From the IMG/VR virus record IMGVR_UViG_3300045988_044441: 40,942 nucleotides of DNA; one strand, given 5' to 3'. The stretch comes from a virus. Positions 25,613-33,427 of this stretch are shown piece by piece; position 1 is the stretch's first letter, and each line of letters begins with the position of its first letter. Both the position numbers and the translations under genes were made by a program. Under the pieces are notes generated by a model. The model searched no databases, was not told the origin of the DNA, and saw only the letters and a program-made list of their open reading frames with translations.

Positions 25613-28131
25613 GGCAGCACCTCCGGCATGAAATCAAACAATGTCGGCTCGTCAACTTCATTCTCTGCAGCCTGCAGATATCCGACGCCATCCCGGAAAT
25701 AATCTGGGTTTAGCTCACATCCTTTGCCGTTCCGGTGCATCTTAATCGCCGTCATTGGTACCGTCATCAGACCACCAAACGGATCATAGACCGTATCACC
25801 CTCATTGCTATATCTGTTGATGATTCTCTCCACGATATCCAACTGTAACGGGCATACGTGCATCTGAGCGCGTCTGCGGCTCTGCGTGGTGTTAAGGGTA
25901 CGCATCCGATTGATATCATCCCACACTTCCAACTGATTCCACGATCCCGGTGCAACTACCATAAATGTTGCCGGGAGCTTCCCGTCCTTGTCCAGATCTT
26001 CCGCAAGTTTCACATGATCCTCATAGTTATATACATTGCCGCGGCTGTATTCCCTGTACACCTGCTGTAAACTGTCCACAGGAAACTCTTTCAGTTCTTC
26101 CTTGCTGATCAGTCGGTTTCCTGACGATCTCCAGTAACCATGTGCATCAATCTGCCATTGTGCCCGGGTGTAATCCTCTTTGGATTTCTTGACCGGATCA
26201 TCCGCGTATGCCGTAGATCTATCTGTCGGCAACTTCCGGAAAAGCAGGATATATTCCGGGCATCCTACACCCATCTTTGAACCATCCTTACACTGTTCTG
26301 TCCATCCAAGGCGGTATGTCTGGTTATTCTCACGGACAACATCAGTCACGACAGTAATCATACCGAAATACTGGAATCCGTGTTTCATGTAATGTGCAAT
26401 GCAAAGCGCATGAAATGGTTCGATTGTAGGCATCCCGGTACCAGTCGCATTTCCGAACAGTACGCGATCTTTGACATGGATTGCAGCCACACGACCCGGC
26501 TTCAGGACTCGGAGCAGTTCCGGTGTGAGAAAATCCATCTGTTCAAAGAACCGGTCCGTGTTCTGGTTATGCCCGAAATCGTTATAATTTGCGCTGTATT
26601 CGTAATGGTTGCCGAATGGGATCGAGGTATGTATCAGATCAATACTGTTTGTCTCCATTGCCCGGGTTTCCTCTACACAATCCCCATATACCGCTTCATA
26701 ATGGTTTCCCCTAACCGTTCTTTCTTCTCTGCTGCCTTCCACGCCCATCTTCCTTTCTAACCGCCGTGTCTTATTCTCTGAATTAAGTCCATACCTCTTC
26801 ACAATCTCTATCATTTTTGCAACCATGTGATTGTGATTCTTCCATTTTTCCAGCAACGCTTCCTTGATCTGCCGCTCATTTTCCATATAGATAATGTCAA
26901 TCACGACCGGCTCTTTCTGTAAAAATCTGTAACACCGGTGTACTGCTTGGATGAAATCATTAAACTCATAATCAATTCCGAGAAATATCTCCCTGTGGCA
27001 ATATCTCTGAAAGTTACATCCGGATCCGGACAATGATTTCTTCGTTGCAAACAACTTTGTCCGTCCATTCGAAAAATCAATTACCCTCTGCTCGCGCAGG
27101 TCATAATCCATCGATCCGTAGATATCCACCACTTCCGGCAGCACTTTCTTGATCGCATGCCGTTCATTCTCCAGATCGTGCCACAACAAGAAATGATCAT
27201 CCGGCGATTCTTCCACAATCCTTTTCATTTCTGTTGCACGGCGGTCAATGCTTTCTCTTTTAACTGCCGCAGCTTCTTTCAATCCCTCGGCAGCTTCCTG
27301 AAATAACTGCATCTGGCCGTCCCGATCTGCAGTATCGCCATAATGCACCGGCAATTCATGCCATCTTACTTCAAGCGGCGGCAGATCATATCCCTCATCG
27401 GAATATACCGGATTGAGATCTGAAGGTTTCGTGATAAAAAGTGCCCAACTGCTTACCCACATCCAAAATTCATCTTCCATGTTTGGATATAAGGTCAGAT
27501 TGTTTGCTTTGGTGCTGTCTCTCTGGAAGAACCGCGTCAATGCCTGCCCGGTATCCATCACTTCCAAATATCCGGCATAATGGATCAGCTCTTTGTATTT
27601 GTTTGGTGATGGTGTAGCCGTGGCTACCAGCTTATACGGAACATTTTTAAATTTATCTAAAAACGTCTGATAAGTTTTACTTCCGAAACTTCTTAAAACA
27701 CTGGCTTCGTCGAGTGATGTTGCTGCAAAGTAATCTGGCCGGATATCCCCATCCCGTACACGCTCATAATTTGTTAATACAATCTGGCTTGTGCTCTGCT
27801 CCACCTCTTCCATCGTCCGGCAATACTCCGGTTTCTCATATCCAAGCACTTCCACCGCATCATGCGTGAACTCCTGCTTTACTCCAAGCGGCAACACGAT
27901 CAATGCACGGCCACCGCTGTACTCCGCTGCCAAGTGGCAAAACTCAATCTCCTGCACGGTCTTTCCAAGCCCGAAACTTTCAAACAGTGCACGCCTACCG
28001 CCTTTCAGCGCCCACACCACAGCATCCCTCTGATGCGGTTTCAATACCTTATTGACTTTTTCCAGATCCACAATAAATCCGCTTTCTGTCGCAAGTTCAA
28101 TCTTTGTTTCTAAAAATTCTTTATATGTCAT
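25609..28131 (-). CDS. SNF2/DEAD-like helicase fused to an N6/N4 DNA methyltransferase (beta-class order, motif IV before motif I)
   Basis: Helicase motif I FGLGKT, motif II SLDEAS, and a helicase-C region. Methyltransferase motif IV TSIPF and C-terminal motif I DPFGGLMT. Confidence 0.8.
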   Translation of the reverse strand: MTYKEFLETKIELATESGFIVDLEKVNKVLKPHQRDAVVWALKGGRRALFESFGLGKTVQEIEFCHLAAEYSGGRALIVLPLGVKQEFTHDAVEVLGYEKPEYCRTMEEVEQSTSQIVLTNYERVRDGDIRPDYFAATSLDEASVLRSFGSKTYQTFLDKFKNVPYKLVATATPSPNKYKELIHYAGYLEVMDTGQALTRFFQRDSTKANNLTLYPNMEDEFWMWVSSWALFITKPSDLNPVYSDEGYDLPPLEVRWHELPVHYGDTADRDGQMQLFQEAAEGLKEAAAVKRESIDRRATEMKRIVEESPDDHFLLWHDLENERHAIKKVLPEVVDIYGSMDYDLREQRVIDFSNGRTKLFATKKSLSGSGCNFQRYCHREIFLGIDYEFNDFIQAVHRCYRFLQKEPVVIDIIYMENERQIKEALLEKWKNHNHMVAKMIEIVKRYGLNSENKTRRLERKMGVEGSREERTVRGNHYEAVYGDCVEETRAMETNSIDLIHTSIPFGNHYEYSANYNDFGHNQNTDRFFEQMDFLTPELLRVLKPGRVAAIHVKDRVLFGNATGTGMPTIEPFHALCIAHYMKHGFQYFGMITVVTDVVRENNQTYRLGWTEQCKDGSKMGVGCPEYILLFRKLPTDRSTAYADDPVKKSKEDYTRAQWQIDAHGYWRSSGNRLISKEELKEFPVDSLQQVYREYSRGNVYNYEDHVKLAEDLDKDGKLPATFMVVAPGSWNQLEVWDDINRMRTLNTTQSRRRAQMHVCPLQLDIVERIINRYSNEGDTVYDPFGGLMTVPMTAIKMHRNGKGCELNPDYFRDGVGYLQAAENEVDEPTLFDFMPEVLP

Positions 28132-28185
28132 TTTTCAAAAGGAACCCGATATATCGTTACCCCGGCCGGAGGTTCGGCTCCTTTC

Positions 28186-28214
28186 TTGCATTTTTGAATG
28201 CTTTGTTTTAAAAT
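28186..28214 (+). promoter_or_regulatory. Near-consensus sigma-A promoter on the plus strand (TTGCAT-17-TAAAAT)
   Basis: -35 at 28186..28191, 17-nt spacer, -10 at 28209..28214. It points against the surrounding operon. Confidence 0.5.
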
Positions 28215-28342
28215 GTCCTTGTCTTTATGATAAGCAGGCGGGTAAAACCGTTTGGGGGAAGGGAATTCGGTTGGCAGTCATAAAATTCATCGCGACTTTA
28301 ATAATTGCACTTTGTGCTTTTAGCACGGAAACGGAGGATACT

Positions 28343-28447
28343 ATGGCAACACAAATTCCAACCACACAAACAAGTAACACCTTGGTCAGCACAACTGCCG
28401 ACCGCCCTTCTACTTATCCTAAAGACTTTTATTTCATGCTCAAGTAG
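28343..28447 (+). CDS. Candidate 34-aa ORF with a strong Shine-Dalgarno sequence, convergent with the PP-loop gene
   Basis: GGAGGA lies 5 nt upstream of the ATG. Peptide MATQIPTTQTSNTLVSTTADRPSTYPKDFYFMLK. About 125 nt downstream of the plus-strand promoter. Confidence 0.3.
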   Translation: MATQIPTTQTSNTLVSTTADRPSTYPKDFYFMLK

Positions 28448-29175
28448 CACATAATTCCACACTCCGGCATAATCTCTGTATTCATGTCTCCCCGATCGGG
28501 ATCTAATTCATCCAGATATACCGGACCGTTTTTGTCTTTCAACATGGAGTGTCCGACTTCTCTTTCCAACTTCGCCCGGCTTGCAAAGACTTCTGGGAAA
28601 TCTTTTCTGATTCTATTCCAGTAACCCATACCACCTTTTACGCATCCGATACAATTATTATTTGGATAACCAAGGTCATACATCAAAGGTCGGGCAAATG
28701 CAAAAGTCCGTTCAAACAGTCCATGCACTTCTTCTTTTGATAAATTCTTTTCTATCAGCGGAAATTCATGTGCAGCCTGCGGATTGGCTTCTATCGTCCG
28801 ATCGGCTCTGTCCCTTTCCTTAAGGTCGAAGCCCCAAACATACGTGATCTCATAGTCCGCATGTTCAGCTTCCCACTCTTTACGGATTCGCTTTTTCAGC
28901 CAATTAGTACATGGTGCAAATCCGTTAGCCGAATTTTTAAAACCACCAAACACCCTTACGCAATCTTCTACATTTCGATATTCCGTTGATCGTAGCACTG
29001 TGATTTTCTTCCCGATTGCTTTTTCGCAATCTTTAATAAATCTCATGCTGTCTGGATGTTGGTCTGCAATGTCAATGTAAATCCATTCGTCTACATCTCC
29101 AGCAAGATATCCAGCCATAAAACTTGATATTCCTGCGCTTACCCAACATACTTTTAATCTTTTCATGACAACCAC
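28429..29175 (-). CDS. PP-loop / PAPS-reductase-like (adenine nucleotide alpha-hydrolase superfamily) protein
   Basis: N-terminal VCWVSAGISS (a degenerate SGGxDS PP-motif) and C-terminal NNCIGCVKGG. The ATG at 29166 is the likely start. Confidence 0.45.
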   Translation of the reverse strand: MVVMKRLKVCWVSAGISSFMAGYLAGDVDEWIYIDIADQHPDSMRFIKDCEKAIGKKITVLRSTEYRNVEDCVRVFGGFKNSANGFAPCTNWLKKRIRKEWEAEHADYEITYVWGFDLKERDRADRTIEANPQAAHEFPLIEKNLSKEEVHGLFERTFAFARPLMYDLGYPNNNCIGCVKGGMGYWNRIRKDFPEVFASRAKLEREVGHSMLKDKNGPVYLDELDPDRGDMNTEIMPECGIMCYLSMK

Positions 29176-29313
29176 TTAACAGATTGCTCTGTGTCCGTGG
29201 ATAAGGAATTACGGCTCCCAATAGTGCCATACGACACCGCTAATTAAATTCCTTTTGTTCTCGCCTTTCTTCACCTTTAGGCGGTCAACCTTGGTCTACC
29301 AAGGCTTCTGTCA

Positions 29314-29607
29314 TTACTCCTTTCTCATTCCATCTGTTTTTAAAATTTCATCTAAACAAGCATTCCAACCAAATCTATACGACGGGACAGGCTTACCCGG
29401 CTGCGGGTACTTCCCACACACTTCCATCTTCTCCGGCAGTTCCCGGAGCGGACACCAATCTGGTCTATCTTCAATCAGGTCGATATCCCTTGCCGTTTCC
29501 ATTGCTTGACAAGTCTCCGTGTCGCTTTCCTCGTCACAATACATAAAATTGCATCCGAAGCACGATTCCGGCATATTCATTACCAATACTGCTTTAGGCA
29601 TTTTCAT
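29314..29607 (-). CDS. Cys-rich hypothetical early protein
   Basis: ORF in operon context, with a 14-nt overlap with the upstream gene. Confidence 0.5.
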   Translation of the reverse strand: MKMPKAVLVMNMPESCFGCNFMYCDEESDTETCQAMETARDIDLIEDRPDWCPLRELPEKMEVCGKYPQPGKPVPSYRFGWNACLDEILKTDGMRKE

Positions 29608-29887
29608 TCCCCCTTAATTCGTCAAGGCTTTCCTGCAATTCTTTGTAATAATTGATTTGGTCTGTGAAATGATTATCTAACGCATCAATCATTTCTTCTT
29701 TCACATCTTCCAGAGATTCTGCCTGTAAAAAATCCATGTGCCCATCAATGACAGACTGCCATCCAATTTCTTCACCACAATATACAATGCTTCCTATGAC
29801 GAGATCTCCGTAATAGGCAACTACATCAATTTGTTTCTTCCAGTCTTCCTGCTCTGGTTCGACTTCTTTCCATTCAAGTTCAGTCAT
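29594..29887 (-). CDS. Hypothetical acidic early protein
   Basis: ORF in operon context, with a 4-nt overlap with the upstream HNH gene. Confidence 0.5.
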   Translation of the reverse strand: MTELEWKEVEPEQEDWKKQIDVVAYYGDLVIGSIVYCGEEIGWQSVIDGHMDFLQAESLEDVKEEMIDALDNHFTDQINYYKELQESLDELRGNENA

Positions 29888-30183
29888 ACCTCACACTCCT
29901 TCCGGCTTCTCGCACCCACCTTTCTCCGCGTCTCTGCCCTGTGTTTTGCATCATACTTGTTATGGCATTTCTGGCACAACGCTCTAAGATTGCTATAATC
30001 GCAATTTTCCGGTGTATGGTCTAAATGCGCTATTGTTAGGACAACTTTTGAGCCATTTTCACGGATAGCATAATTTTCAATTCCACAAAATTCACATTTG
30101 TTATCTGCCCGCTTGAGAATGTCTTTTCTGATATCCTTCCAATTTGCCGGATATCTTTTCTTATTTTCTGGCTTGATTGGCAT
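29884..30183 (-). CDS. HNH endonuclease (small)
   Basis: Start refined to MPIKPENKK. Motifs CEFCG...IAHLDH...CQKCHNKYD. Confidence 0.7.
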   Translation of the reverse strand: MPIKPENKKRYPANWKDIRKDILKRADNKCEFCGIENYAIRENGSKVVLTIAHLDHTPENCDYSNLRALCQKCHNKYDAKHRAETRRKVGARSRKECEV

Positions 30184-30544
30184 CCTCTTCACCCACCTTC
30201 TCAAAATAGAACTGTATCGGTTCTCTGTTTTCCTGCACCATGCCATACCGCAGAGCAATGTTGTATGTACACACATCTCTTTTCAGCCGGTCTGGTATTT
30301 TTTGCAGCTCTTTTCTAAAGTCCTCTAAGTCCATCGTTGACTTATACCGATTGCACGAACCACAGGACGGCATAAGATTTTTGATATCATGCACGTCTAT
30401 TTCTGTGTATTCATAATTTCTAAGGCAATGTAAATGGTCTACGTTAAAGCCTTTCTCCGGTATTTCACAGCCACAATAAGCGCAATGCCCATTATATTTC
30501 GCATACACCTGTTTCCTTACGGATTTAGGAATCGGTTTTCGCAT
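30161..30544 (-). CDS. HNH endonuclease
   Basis: CAYCG...VDHLH...N...CGSCNRYK. Confidence 0.75.
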   Translation of the reverse strand: MRKPIPKSVRKQVYAKYNGHCAYCGCEIPEKGFNVDHLHCLRNYEYTEIDVHDIKNLMPSCGSCNRYKSTMDLEDFRKELQKIPDRLKRDVCTYNIALRYGMVQENREPIQFYFEKVGEEDANQARK

Positions 30545-30770
30545 CTACTCCACCGCCTTTCACAATCTCGATTGCATGTTCATAACTTCTTGCTTTCTCT
30601 TTTCCCAAATTACTGTCGTATGCATTCTCCCAAAACTTTCTCTCATTCTCCAACTGCTCCACAACCTTATCCAGGTCATAGGCGGTCGGTGTGCATTTTG
30701 CCGCAATCACAACTGGATCATTCTCAACTCTGCCCTTTATCAGTTCGTCTTCGCCAATCAATCGTCCCAT
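30525..30770 (-). CDS. Hypothetical protein homologous to the C-terminal extension of the 23353..23670 Lar-like protein
   Basis: Start at 30770 with RBS AGGAGGG. VVEQLENE...AIEIVKGGGVD. Confidence 0.5.
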   Translation of the reverse strand: MGRLIGEDELIKGRVENDPVVIAAKCTPTAYDLDKVVEQLENERKFWENAYDSNLGKEKARSYEHAIEIVKGGGVDAKTDS

Positions 30771-30912
30771 TGTTCGCCCTCCTGTTCCATGCTTCCTTCG
30801 CTTCTTCCTGTGCATCCATCTTGTTAGCGAAATCTTCAATTTTCACATACGGACCAGCACCGCCACATTTGCCGCATATAATCTTGTATCCTTTGGTTCC
30901 CATTTTTCTCAC
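30724..30912 (-). CDS. Lar-family (restriction-alleviation-like) small zinc-ribbon protein
   Basis: CGKCGG...EEAKEAWNRRA. Confidence 0.55.
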   Translation of the reverse strand: MRKMGTKGYKIICGKCGGAGPYVKIEDFANKMDAQEEAKEAWNRRANNGTIDWRRRTDKGQS

Positions 30913-30914
30913 GC

Positions 30915-31268
30915 CTACTCTACGATCATGGCAACCACAAAACGGGCATGGTTTAATTTCTTCGCTCGTTCCCCATCCCCTCCTTCCAACGCATTGTATA
31001 AGCGCAAGTATGTTTCAAAATCGTTCGGGTTCATTTTGTCCGAAAGAAAATCCAAGAAATCCTTATTCCGCATGCATTCTTCCGGTGTGCCGATTACGCG
31101 GTACTGCTTTAACTCTTCCAACCACTCCGCAAGTTGTATATGCTCCTCGGCACATTTTTTACACTGTGTCGGATAATAATGTGCATCTTTATCATAATGA
31201 TTTTCGTACTCAGCCATCCTGCGCTTTGCAACTTCTCTTGCGTGTGCTATTGCTTCATCAATCGTCAT
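30915..31268 (-). CDS. Hypothetical early protein
   Basis: Contains WLEELKQYRVIGTPEEC. In operon context. Confidence 0.5.
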   Translation of the reverse strand: MTIDEAIAHAREVAKRRMAEYENHYDKDAHYYPTQCKKCAEEHIQLAEWLEELKQYRVIGTPEECMRNKDFLDFLSDKMNPNDFETYLRLYNALEGGDGERAKKLNHARFVVAMIVE

Positions 31269-31270
31269 GG

Positions 31271-31750
31271 CTACACCTCCAACAGTTCCGGATTGTCAAC
31301 AACTTCCATTTCGCATGTCTTTACATATTCCTCTGTAAGTGGCATTGGAAAGCAGAACGGCTCACACTTGCTTAGCGCATCTGTTGGAACAACCTCATAA
31401 TGCCAACCAATAACACGGTCAATAACTTCCAGTGTTTCTGCGTTGATTAAATTAAATTCTCCAAAAACGGCTTTTACAAGGTCTTCCGAGTTTCCATGAC
31501 ACATCAAAATGTCATTCTCCCAGATCAACTTGCCGTTCTTATCCTTAAATCCGGTGCATTGGCAGATTGTATCTCTGTCCACTTCATATCCGACAATCTT
31601 GCATTCGTGTTCTAAGTATGGGCTAAATTTTATTTCTTGCCCTATAAGACAATGATTTTCTCCGTCAAGTAATGCTCCTTGCACCCATTCCCCATTATCA
31701 AGTCTCTTTGCCCTGAATAAATATCTATCTTCCATCATTTCTCCTTTCAT
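31271..31750 (-). CDS. YopX-family protein
   Basis: YLFRAKRLDNGEWVQG ... QCTGFKDKNGKLIWENDIL. Confidence 0.7.
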   Translation of the reverse strand: MKGEMMEDRYLFRAKRLDNGEWVQGALLDGENHCLIGQEIKFSPYLEHECKIVGYEVDRDTICQCTGFKDKNGKLIWENDILMCHGNSEDLVKAVFGEFNLINAETLEVIDRVIGWHYEVVPTDALSKCEPFCFPMPLTEEYVKTCEMEVVDNPELLEV

Positions 31751-31850
31751 TCATCTTTTTCAGTTCTTCGCTGATATCTTTTAGGTCGCAATCAATATTA
31801 ACCAGCCGACCCCATATAAATATGGTTGATAATGCAAGCAAAACTCCCAT
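31725..31850 (-). CDS. Small membrane peptide (41 aa)
   Basis: RBS GTGAGGA. Hydrophobic GVLLALSTIFIWG. Not in the ORF track. Confidence 0.35.
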   Translation of the reverse strand: MGVLLALSTIFIWGRLVNIDCDLKDISEELKKMNERRNDGR

Positions 31851-31852
31851 TT

Positions 31853-31945
31853 CTACACATCCTCACTTTCCGCAAGCTTGGCAATTCTATTTCCAGAACA
31901 CGCCATGTCTAAAATCTCTTTCGCATATTTTTCTTTATTCAACAT
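31853..31945 (-). CDS. Small hypothetical peptide (30 aa)
   Basis: RBS GGAGG 8 nt upstream. Fills an operon gap. Confidence 0.35.
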   Translation of the reverse strand: MLNKEKYAKEILDMACSGNRIAKLAESEDV

Positions 31946-31947
31946 CT

Positions 31948-32544
31948 TTAAACCTCCAAATCACACACAAACTTAATCTCATCAGCTAACGTTTCAGCTA
32001 TCATCGGCACGGCCAACTGGAACTGCTTGTAATTAGCCAATGTGTCGATGTAGTCAATAAACTTGTCCGTGAACTGCTGTAACTGCTTCACAGACAGCTT
32101 AAATTCCTTTTTCAGAATCGTAAGCGTGAGCGCGAAATAGTTAAACAACGATGCACTGGAAAGCCTGTATGCTTCACGCTCGATACAGAAACCTTTCTTT
32201 GCATACAGGTTCATTAACTGTCTCTGTGGAATTTTTCCGACTTCTTCTTTGATGTCGATTCCGTATTTGCTTTTCAGATAAACAGCCAAGTCCTTGCCAT
32301 TTTCCCCACCGGATGCCGCTTCATCTAAGTAGGATTTCAAAAAATCCTGCAACCGGATGATTCTTGCCTGTCCGAACCCAAATTTGTCATGAAGAACAAT
32401 ATAACCAATTGCCACGAAATCCTTGTAAGATTTTGTTACAACCTTATCAGCATTGCGCTTTTCAAAATCGTTCCGGCCGATGATCTTCGTATCCTGCTTC
32501 GTGAAAAATGTTGGCTTTTTCTTCCGTTTTAATGCATTACTCAT
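31948..32544 (-). CDS. Hypothetical replication-module protein
   Basis: Start refined to 32544 (MSNALKRKKK, RBS AGGAGA). Confidence 0.55.
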   Translation of the reverse strand: MSNALKRKKKPTFFTKQDTKIIGRNDFEKRNADKVVTKSYKDFVAIGYIVLHDKFGFGQARIIRLQDFLKSYLDEAASGGENGKDLAVYLKSKYGIDIKEEVGKIPQRQLMNLYAKKGFCIEREAYRLSSASLFNYFALTLTILKKEFKLSVKQLQQFTDKFIDYIDTLANYKQFQLAVPMIAETLADEIKFVCDLEV

Positions 32545-32584
32545 TTCTTTGATTTCTCCTTTCTGGTATCTCGCCACTTTCTCA

Positions 32585-33427
32585 TTACCCATCCAAAAGC
32601 TTTTGCAGCATATCTTCCTGGTGCTGCTCTGCGATATGATCCCGCACGCTTTCTTCCGGGAATGCGATCTGGTAGGTTCGCTCCTTGATCCGGTTCGTGA
32701 TGCGGTCATCATACTGCAGCGTTTCCAGAGATTCATTACTTGTGAAAATCGTCACTTTCCGGTTTATATAACGCTCATTGATGATCTGGTACAGCTTGTC
32801 ATTGATCCAGTCTGCCGGCCGTTCCACTCCGAAATCATCAATGACCAGGATATCTGTGGTGCAGAGTTCATCCAGCAAACGGCTCTCACTGTATTCCGCG
32901 TCCCGCCGCCATGTATTCTTGATTTCCTGCAGGATGGTCAGTGATACCGCAAATTTGACTGCATAGCTTTTCATCAGCTCGTTTGCAATCCCTGCCGCAA
33001 TCCTTGTTTTCCCACTGCCCTTTGTCCGGGACCAGATAAACAGTCCCATCCCCTGCTCCCTCTGGTTCTCAAAATCCCCGAGGTACGCTTTTATGATCCG
33101 GCAGGCATCCGACACTTTCTTCCTGCTGTCCCGCTCCCGGTACACATCCATCCGAAATGTTTTCAGTTCCATTCCCCTAAATGCTTCCGGGATATCCGCA
33201 AACCGCAGCCGCCGCAACATGATCGCACGCTCCCGGCACTTACACGGCACGGCTGTTTCAATACCGTCCTTTTCGGTCAGAATCCATTCGCTGCCCTTGC
33301 AGACGGGGCACACATCAGAACCCTTCGAAACATCCGGAACATCCGCGTTCTTCAAGCAGTTCGTTGAGCGATTTTTCACGCGCTCCAGTATTCCGTTGAT
33401 CATGTTTTTCATCTGCTGGTCCATCAT
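32585..33427 (-). CDS. DnaC/IstB-like AAA+ helicase loader
   Basis: Walker A SRTKGSGKT, Walker B ILVIDDFG, and an N-terminal CPVC...CKC zinc motif. RBS GGAAGGAG. Confidence 0.8.
   Translation of the reverse strand: MMDQQMKNMINGILERVKNRSTNCLKNADVPDVSKGSDVCPVCKGSEWILTEKDGIETAVPCKCRERAIMLRRLRFADIPEAFRGMELKTFRMDVYRERDSRKKVSDACRIIKAYLGDFENQREQGMGLFIWSRTKGSGKTRIAAGIANELMKSYAVKFAVSLTILQEIKNTWRRDAEYSESRLLDELCTTDILVIDDFGVERPADWINDKLYQIINERYINRKVTIFTSNESLETLQYDDRITNRIKERTYQIAFPEESVRDHIAEQHQEDMLQKLLDG

Noticed and set aside
28343-28447. The 34-aa peptide as an arbitrium-like (AimP) communication peptide.
   Set aside because: There is no AimR-like TPR receptor gene nearby and the peptide has no signal sequence. 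The context is a DNA-modification operon, not the lysogeny switch.
29176-29313. preQ1-type riboswitch upstream of the PP-loop (QueC-like?) gene.
   Set aside because: The protein does not resemble QueC. The leader lacks the preQ1-I loop and ACUA-tail consensus as I remember it. It is kept only as an unclassified structured leader.
30434-31375. Long plus-strand ORF (313 aa). Similar antisense ORFs occur at 33093..33869, 13394..14143, 36084..36857, 36325..37014, 6472..7191 and 1294..1884.
   Set aside because: These are shadow ORFs lying entirely antisense to minus-strand genes with recognisable domains. Their products are low-complexity and Ser/Leu/Pro/Cys-rich, they have no RBS, and they break the otherwise uninterrupted minus-strand operons.
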